Position numbers and translations under genes: made by a program. Below are positions 56,998 to 64,000 of a stretch of DNA of 64,000 nucleotides, piece by piece (the first letter of the stretch is position 1; every line of letters starts with the position of its first letter). The stretch spans positions 576,001 to 640,000 of the forward strand of contig CBDBEV010000001.1 in NCBI GenBank assembly GCA_965204535.1. Direction: 5' to 3'. A model generated the notes under the pieces. It was not told where the DNA came from. It was given only the letters and a program-made list of their open reading frames with translations, and did no database searches. This stretch comes from a bacterium (GTDB lineage Bacteria; UBA8248).

Positions 56998-59286
56998 TCA
57001 GCGCAGGAATTCGGGGACGTCGTTCTCCTCGCCGCCCTGGCCGTTTGCGAGATCGATCCCGTGCACGATCACCCTCGGGCTACCGTCCGCGGTGGGGATC
57101 GCGTTCATCGCGTCGACCGCCCGGGCGATTTCCCCGCCCGAGGGGGCGTCGCCGCCGGTGGCATCGTCTGCGGCGGGGCCTGATTCCGCGCCGGCGGGAG
57201 CGTCGCCGACGTCTGCGCCGGAGGCCTCTTCATCAACGGCTTGAGGTTCTGCTTCTTCGGCCGGCGGGTCTTCCTCGACGGCCTCCCCCACCAAACCCGC
57301 ATCGAAGGGCGCGAACCCCGGCGGCGTCCACGCCAGGACGGCCCGGACCCTCGGGGTCAGATTCTCGGGCGGGTCGGCGGTGAAGGCTTCTTCCATCGCC
57401 AGGGCGAGGTCGGCTTTCTTGTACTTCGCGCGGGCGGAGGTCCAGACGGGCCCCAGCGTCGCGCGCGCGATGGCGAGGATGCGGGCCTTGGTGATGCGAG
57501 ACCAGAACATCGCGGCGGAAGGACGCACGTGCTTCGCGAAGTCGACGTCGAGGCGGGCTATCGTGGCCTCGAGTACGGGCCGGGCGTCGGGCTCGAAAGC
57601 GAGCTGTCCCTTGAGCGAGCGCGCGACCGCCGCCGCGTAGATGGCTTCTTTCTCTACTTTAGGCAGCGCCCGCATCTCCGCGAAGGCGGCGTCTTCGTCC
57701 TCGTTCTCCAACCAGCCCAGGGAGAGGCCCGGACGTTCCGCGAGCATGGCCTCGCCGGGACTCCAGGCGGCGAAGTCCTCGTCGTTCGCCCGCGACGGCG
57801 GCCTGTCGGCGGTCTCCTTGAAGACGATGTCGAGGGCCCCCGCCATGTGGTCATCGGCGAACGCGGCCCGGGCGAACTGGAAGAGCGTCAGGTCGAAGGC
57901 CGCCTCGAAGTCCCCCGACAGGTGCGCCTTGACGAGCGTCGTGCGGACGGCGCGCAAATCGTCGGCGAGTCCGATCCCGACCCCCGTCTCCTTGCGGACC
58001 TTCGCGCGCGGGTCGGGCGGCGCCGCGAGCGGCGCGTCCACGCGGCCCGGACCGGCGCCGTTCGCCTCGCCCGCGTCCGTGCGCTCGGGCATGTCCTCGG
58101 GCCTCACGAGGCCCTCGACTATCTTGAGCTCGCCGTCATGGCCGACCGTGGCGATGCAGCCCGCCAACTCGTAATCGCCCGGCTGGAACGCGGCCCGCGC
58201 GTTCACGGCTTCGTCGATCGCCCGCAGACGCGCCTCGATCGCTTCGGCCTCCTGGCCGAGTTCTTCGGTCCAGTCGTCCTCATACAATTCGACGAGTTCG
58301 CCGTGGCGGGCCCACAGCCTCTCCCGCTCGGCCTTCTCCTCATCGGTGGGAGCGCCCGGCTCGGGGCTGATTCGCCCGAAGCCCGAGATTGCGCTCCAGT
58401 CGGCTTCTACCACCGCCTCGGCCCACTTCCAGCGCTTCTTCAGTTCATCCGCCGCTACGCGGAGCTTCTCTGTAGCGAGTTCGTTCAGGAGGGCGGGGTC
58501 GTCGAACCACATTCCCCGGGCGTCCTCTTCGGCGAACAGGTCCCGCGTGAGCGTCCCGCCCGCCGCCTCGTAGGCCTCGGTCCCGACGAAACGCGCCACG
58601 GCCGATACGGCGGGGACGTTCTCCTCGGTCAGCATGCGCCTCACCTGCCAGCCGCTGAGACGGTAGCCCTGGTCCTTCACCTGCTCCCAGACCGCCATCT
58701 GCCGGACGTGGTCGGTCGTGACCGTGAAGGCTTTCAGGGTGTCCAGGTCCATCTCTTCGGCCCGGTAGGCGTCGAGCAGTTCGGGCGCGGCGCCGCCGAG
58801 ACTCAGGCGCTGCTCGACCATGCGCTCCGTCATGCCGAAGCGCGCCGCGATCGCGGATACGGATATCCCCGCGTTCGCGAGCTTCCCGAACGCGACCACC
58901 TGGTCGGCGGGGTGCATGGCGATACGCACCACGTTCTCGGCGAGGGAGAACTCTTCCGCGTTCTCCGACGCGCCGATCACACGGCAGGGAACGGGGTGGT
59001 CCGTGTCGAGGACACCCTCTTCGGCCAGGGCATTCATGGCGGCGAGGCGGCATCCGCCTGCGACCACGGCGCAGCGCTCGATAGAAGCCTGCCCCGGATT
59101 CGATCCGGGGTCTTCTCCGGGGTGCTCAATTCTTACGATCAGGTTCTCCAGCAGGTCGTGGGCCGCGATGGAGGCCTTGAGCTCCGCGAAGAAGACGGGG
59201 TCGGGCGGGGTCTTGCGGACGTTCTCCGGCGCGAGTTCCAGCCGGTTGAGCGGAATGGAACGGATAAGCGGTTCAGCCTGAGCCAT
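56998..59286 (-). CDS. large ParB/RepB/Spo0J-family protein of the leading region
   Basis: NVRK, ASI.AH.LL.NL, VVAGG.R, SLAENV.R..MHPADQ, GG....DLF; start at 59286 with GGAGG RBS. Confidence 0.88.
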   Translation of the reverse strand: MAQAEPLIRSIPLNRLELAPENVRKTPPDPVFFAELKASIAAHDLLENLIVRIEHPGEDPGSNPGQASIERCAVVAGGCRLAAMNALAEEGVLDTDHPVPCRVIGASENAEEFSLAENVVRIAMHPADQVVAFGKLANAGISVSAIAARFGMTERMVEQRLSLGGAAPELLDAYRAEEMDLDTLKAFTVTTDHVRQMAVWEQVKDQGYRLSGWQVRRMLTEENVPAVSAVARFVGTEAYEAAGGTLTRDLFAEEDARGMWFDDPALLNELATEKLRVAADELKKRWKWAEAVVEADWSAISGFGRISPEPGAPTDEEKAERERLWARHGELVELYEDDWTEELGQEAEAIEARLRAIDEAVNARAAFQPGDYELAGCIATVGHDGELKIVEGLVRPEDMPERTDAGEANGAGPGRVDAPLAAPPDPRAKVRKETGVGIGLADDLRAVRTTLVKAHLSGDFEAAFDLTLFQFARAAFADDHMAGALDIVFKETADRPPSRANDEDFAAWSPGEAMLAERPGLSLGWLENEDEDAAFAEMRALPKVEKEAIYAAAVARSLKGQLAFEPDARPVLEATIARLDVDFAKHVRPSAAMFWSRITKARILAIARATLGPVWTSARAKYKKADLALAMEEAFTADPPENLTPRVRAVLAWTPPGFAPFDAGLVGEAVEEDPPAEEAEPQAVDEEASGADVGDAPAGAESGPAADDATGGDAPSGGEIARAVDAMNAIPTADGSPRVIVHGIDLANGQGGEENDVPEFLR

Positions 59287-60026
59287 ACGAATTTCCTCCT
59301 GTGGATGGGATGGGAACGTACGCCGGGAACCCCCTCGGACTCCCGGATTACGCCCCCACTCCACCTGCCACTCTACCTCCTGGCGGGGTGCGGCGGGGCC
59401 TTTAGGTGGATTGCGGGAGATATGGGGCCAGGCGGCAAGTCGGTTCAGCAGGGAATGTGTGGTGGCGCTAGTGTGCCGTGAAAGACGTGGCCCAAGGGAT
59501 GGCACCCTCGACGCTGGGGTCGACGATATTCGAGAATACGAACTCTGTTATACAGCCCTCGGAGCCTAGCATAGCATCGATTACGGAGGTTGATGGATGG
59601 AAACTGGGCTCGAGGGAGCTGGAAAAATGCTACGCTTGCCCGGATTGTTTCCTGGTATTAAGGCATGCAATCGATGCAGCGTAAAAGGTACAAAGTACAG
59701 AATTGATCACTTCCACAGAGATTGTGGACGACTGTACGCTTGACCGAGCTAGAGTTTGATGGAATACGGTTTCGGAACGATTACTGGTTACGAGAGCGTT
59801 ATTCAGGGTGTTTGAGGAAATTCACTGAAGCTGCTCATCCGTGGCGAAAGTCATGAGTCCACACATCGTTGAGTCGGGCCCGGATGTGCCGCTGAGTTAG
59901 GTGACAGGAGAACCCTGGTGTCATAACACGTGCGATACTTCTTTCCAATACACGGACGCTACGGCGCTCCAATCCGAAAGTCATTCATTGAGTAGAGTGT
60001 TCCTAGAATCTTAGCATCCTTTACTG

Positions 60027-61007
60027 CTATTCTTGGAGAGGTCGGATTAGGGCGTCCCACAAGAATTCAGCGCATCCCTGCATGGACAGCTTCGGATCTC
60101 CATGGTTGCCAAACGCCATCAATCCCATGGGCTTTAGGAAAAGTACCTGGTCATCATGATCGACCGATATACTCTCGTTCCAGCTATTAGAGTCACCTTG
60201 CTCGCCATGAGAAAAGCGGATATCACCGTTTCCGAAATCTTGGCCAATATAGACTGTGCAAGCAGCAATCTTGCTTCCACCTTGATAGATTGCAGCAGTA
60301 AAACGATTTTTGCCTAAGCAGCGTAGACGACTTTCAATCCCTGGATTTCTTTCTGAAAGTTCATCTAGAGAGTTTTTGAAGAAATTGACTAGATATGCGA
60401 AGGCTTCGTGTAGAAAATCATCCCGATCCTGCTCTGTGAAGGACTTCGCGATACGAAGGTTGGAAGAGCGGGGGCTAGAGTGTGTTTCCGACGAACCGGG
60501 CGTATACGGTATCGCTAGTCTTGTCTCACTATGTTGGTCCGCCCTAGTCGTTTCCAGGTCAGCCAAAGTTTTCTTGATTCCCTGAACAACGCTCAGGAAG
60601 GCTTCGTCAATGTTTGCCCAAAGCGTTATCGGTTTGCCGTCGGTAGGTAGGGCCAGTAGATTTCCGAAAGGTAAGTCATGCCAATCGCAAGGCCGAAGGA
60701 CGACCGGAATCACCCGCACCTCATTCGCTGTGTGACGTTCGAGTGCTCGTTCAGTCTCGATTCCGTAACAATAGCGCGAAGCGATATAATCGGAGCTGAT
60801 CAACAACAAGATAACCTTGGCGTCTTCAAGTTCTGTTGAGATCGCGTTTTCGAAGTCATCGCCTGGGGCAATACGACGGTCATGCCATGTATTAATCTGA
60901 CCCTGATGCTTGAGGGCAGCGAGATGAACCTCAAGTTGATCACGCAACCCTTCGTCGGCGTGGCTGTAGGAGAAGAAAAGTTTAACTGACATCACTTTGG
61001 CCAACAT
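60027..61007 (-). CDS. TIR domain protein
   Basis: LFFSYSHADE, WHDRRI.PG, LISSDYIAS.YC...E, VIPVVLRPCDW, LP.DGKP. Confidence 0.9.
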   Translation of the reverse strand: MLAKVMSVKLFFSYSHADEGLRDQLEVHLAALKHQGQINTWHDRRIAPGDDFENAISTELEDAKVILLLISSDYIASRYCYGIETERALERHTANEVRVIPVVLRPCDWHDLPFGNLLALPTDGKPITLWANIDEAFLSVVQGIKKTLADLETTRADQHSETRLAIPYTPGSSETHSSPRSSNLRIAKSFTEQDRDDFLHEAFAYLVNFFKNSLDELSERNPGIESRLRCLGKNRFTAAIYQGGSKIAACTVYIGQDFGNGDIRFSHGEQGDSNSWNESISVDHDDQVLFLKPMGLMAFGNHGDPKLSMQGCAEFLWDALIRPLQE

Positions 61008-61741
61008 TAGCGAACAATTTGTAAAATCTAGTGGACACCATATTATTTATGCTTATGCACTTTGTTTCCTCCTGGTTTCTGTCTTTTCAGGAGACTGCCC
61101 AATCCCTGTTCAAGCTTTCCAACCAAACCCTCATCTCCCAAGGGCCTGTCTGTTATCTAATGAAGTCGTATATTCCGGAGCAACTTTTCGGACATCTTAG
61201 CCAGAAGAAAGACCCTCCAATTCTTGAATATTACAGGTAGGGTTTGATCTTCACCCGCTCGTTTCCCCTACCTGAGATATGCGTCCCTAGATCATGTGAT
61301 GGGGAAACCTTGGCGCCACGATCAGTGCGCCCCTTTCTATGCAAGGACGCTACAGCGCACCGATCCGAATGTCAATAATAAAGAATGATGTCCCAAGAAT
61401 CCTGAGATACCAAGCAACTTTGTCAAGCACTTAGAACGGAATACAGAAATCTCGTAGTCAGTGGTACAACTATTTGGGGGAGATCAAAGTTGAGTACCGA
61501 TGAATACAGGGAGAGAGTCCATTACTTGGATGGTGATGGGCGCTCCGGCTTTGACGCCACGAACGAAGGGCAATGGAAAAAGCGCATATCGGCCAGAAGG
61601 TGGCCTGGGTCCGCTTAGGCAGCAATCGACATGGGTCGCCAATTGGTCATGTCTGTGGTTAAGACCATTGAGATCGTTAGGTATCCAATTCGCAAAATCA
61701 ATTTTGCCACTACATTTGCCGCAAGAAGCTGGAGTTAGAAA

Positions 61742-62383
61742 ATGCGTGAGCACGAGATCGTCGACATCGAAGACCATCCTAGAACATTGCGTGGTCCCGA
61801 GTCGCGCTTGCTTCGCATTAGCATGCTGGACGCGCCGCATATGGCGCCTTTGACCGAATATACATCGAATTTGCGAAAGATGGGGTATGGCGAAGTCCCC
61901 GAATTTGACCCTCTTGACGGCGGCATCGAGGCTCTCGTCCTGTTTCTCTTTGAGAAGCCAGGGCCGATGACGGCCAACAGCAGTTCGGGTAGACGTAACG
62001 GATCAGGCTTCATCAGTAGAAACAATGATGACCCTACGGCGGAGGCCACGTTCAACTTCATGCGTACTGCTGGGATACTTCGTAGTCAGACGATCATCTG
62101 GAACGTAATTCCTTGGTGGAATAAAACGCGAAAAGTAACTAGTTCTGAACTCGGCGAGGGGGTGAGATACGTCAAGGAACTGATCGAACTCCTACCGAAG
62201 TTGCGCGCAGTTGTTTTTGTTGGCCAGAAGGCTGTCAAGGCGCGCCGTCATTTTACGGACACTGGATTGTATTTATTCTCGTCGGATCACCCATCGCCCC
62301 TCGTAAGGGCCAACTTCCCAGAGCGATGGAGTGCAATTCCGTCTGATTGGGCCAAGATCATACCTGTCCTTGAGCAACAGTAA
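61742..62383 (+). CDS. uracil-DNA glycosylase superfamily protein
   Basis: LFEKPGP, GFIS.NNDDPTA, WNVIPW, V.VG..A, HPSP. Confidence 0.8.
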   Translation: MREHEIVDIEDHPRTLRGPESRLLRISMLDAPHMAPLTEYTSNLRKMGYGEVPEFDPLDGGIEALVLFLFEKPGPMTANSSSGRRNGSGFISRNNDDPTAEATFNFMRTAGILRSQTIIWNVIPWWNKTRKVTSSELGEGVRYVKELIELLPKLRAVVFVGQKAVKARRHFTDTGLYLFSSDHPSPLVRANFPERWSAIPSDWAKIIPVLEQQ

Positions 62384-62912
62384 CAGGTTACTATAGTAGG
62401 CGTTCATGTCGTCATTTAGAGCACTTCCAGTCATGTGCTCGGACAACCTCGTGTGTCCTTTTGCCGGATCAACCGCCAAACCCCCGGCTCAGCACCACTT
62501 GCCAGCGGCGAACAACTGGAAGTATCTAGACTGTGACGCGGGCGGTCTATTTTCTGAGCATGTTTTGCACTCTAACCGGCGGGAGAAGACCTCCATGCAG
62601 TGTCGCTCGCTCCTGGTATTGCGCGGCGGCCGAACCGGACGACGGGGCAAAACGGAGGAGAGGAACAAAACGCAGTCTGGGAAGTCTCACGCAATGTCGG
62701 GACATTATTTTGGGAACCCTCTCTCCGAAGAGCACGACAAGGAATATCCATGATCGTCGCCGAAGACTCCCAAGACGTTTTCTGGAAACCTCTTGGTCTT
62801 GTTATTCAGCATTTTGTATAATTACGCTACTCAAGCAATTAAACAGGCATTGGTAAATATGGGGCCTCCCACTTTTCTTTCGAAATATTGAAATGCAATC
62901 AAGGTGAAAAGG

Positions 62913-64000
62913 TCAAGTCCGAGAATTGCTGGAAACTTTTTTGGTGCGCATATCGGCAGAGAGCTTGCGATTGAGTCCGTTCACCTCTTCGTAGTTCTGA
63001 TCCAGTTCCCGTCTGAGGGCTTCCATCTGGCGTCTCTCGAAGCCTGTTACTTTGAGGCCGCGCCACCTTTCGGCGGCCCGGATCATGGCGCTGAACATGA
63101 GCTTGAGCACCGGCTTCTCACCGAAGGCGTTGGGAATGATTTTGAGCCTTCGGCGCTCCTCGACGAATAGGCGCTCGAGCTGATTCGTGGTGCGTACGGA
63201 CCGTCGATGGTTGACCGGCGCCCGCAGGTGCGCGATGCAGGCTTCGAAGTCGTCGTAAAAACACGTCACGGCGCTCGGCAGTTCGGACTCGTAGTCCCTG
63301 GCAAGTCCCTCGGCCAGTTCCCGGGCGATGGCGCGCGAGGGGGCCTGGTAGGCCGCCGCTGCCCGCGCCTTGAACTCGGGCCAGAGGTCCTCGGGCGCCT
63401 TCGCCGCGAGGTTCCGCATGCGGTTCGCCAGGCAGCGCTGACGCTCCGAGCGCGGGAAGCACGTCTCGATCGCCTTGATGATGCCGGGCGCCCCGTCGCT
63501 GACCACAATCAGCGGGTCGCCCAGACCCCGGGCGCGCATGTCCTGGAAGAACGCGCTCACCGTCTCGGCGTCTTCTTTCGAACCCGCCATCAGGTGCAGG
63601 AGAACCTTGGCGCCGTTCGCCGTGAATCCCCAGGCCGCCAGAACCGGCTCGCGCCTGCTCCCCGGGCGGATACGTTCCGCAATCCCGTCGATGAACAGAT
63701 AGACGACCTCGTGCTCGCCCAGGTCCCGCGAAGCGAACTCTTGATAGTCACTCCACAGACGCTCCCCGAGTTCGGAGACCGCCGTGCGCGAGAGCAGCAG
63801 ACGACCGCTCTCGTCTTGAAAGACGTTTTCGATGTCGCGCACCGACAGGCCGCGCGCCAGAAGCTCCACCGCCAACCCCTCGAGGGCCTCCGTGCGCCCC
63901 TTGAGGCCCTCGCGGATCCCGGAGCGGAACCCTTCCTCGCGCCCGGCAATCTGCGGCGCCGCGTACTCGATGAACCCTTCCGCCGTCTTCAGACGACCCG
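62913..64000 (-). mobile_element. IS256-family transposase (runs off the window)
   Basis: GLSVRDI, YLFIDGI, VSDGAPG, QRC..., RTTN.LER...E.RRR. Confidence 0.9.

Noticed and set aside
59896-59902. GTTAGGT as an integron attC core near the TIR gene
   Set aside because: No complementary partner box or attC stem found and no integron integrase
1-64000. Numerous long overlapping Arg/Pro/Gly-rich ORFs (for example 8311-10416, 49287-50981, 57241-59481)
   Set aside because: Shadow frames of GC-rich genes, with no motifs and fully overlapping well-supported CDSs
1-64000. CRISPR array, rRNA, tRNA, integrase or rep gene
   Set aside because: None seen by eye; no regularly spaced repeats and no cas motifs. 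A tRNA/Rfam scan was not run

Overview
The window is a segment of an F-type conjugative element (plasmid or ICE; no integrase or rep gene is visible). (1) 1-16314: GC-rich MPF-F transfer operon (traC end, degenerate HD-domain gene, trbI, S26 peptidase, traW, traU, trbC, short traN, traF, traH, traG, a convergent exclusion-gene candidate, traD, MOB-F relaxase traI). (2) 16780-23614: two apparently identical 3413-bp IS66-family elements, each with a long coiled-coil transposase and a DUF4338 passenger gene, inserted independently 1 bp apart in the same target. (3) 24369-40588: a lower-GC (judged by eye) defence-type island with an NDT/TIR-like protein, a TIR protein, a truncated IHF/HU remnant and AbiEi/AbiEii. 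It also holds the best candidate for an unusual system: a coupled operon ParB-like, PD-(D/E)xK, SNF2, ParB-like, B12-type radical SAM, GHKL/MORC-like ATPase, facing a convergent PIN plus paralogous GHKL ATPase pair. (4) 41710-42410: RHH gene and an F-like oriT/nic site. (5) 42666-59286: IS1182, then a leading region with every gene on the minus strand (DUF2493, DUF4326, ssb, small acidic ORFs, toprim, strawberry-notch/MTase, DUF2958, GHKL protein, ParB) and Frpo-like ssDNA promoter hairpins. (6) 60027-64000: TIR protein, UDG-superfamily protein and a partial IS256. All family calls come from motif recognition by eye; no database search was run.
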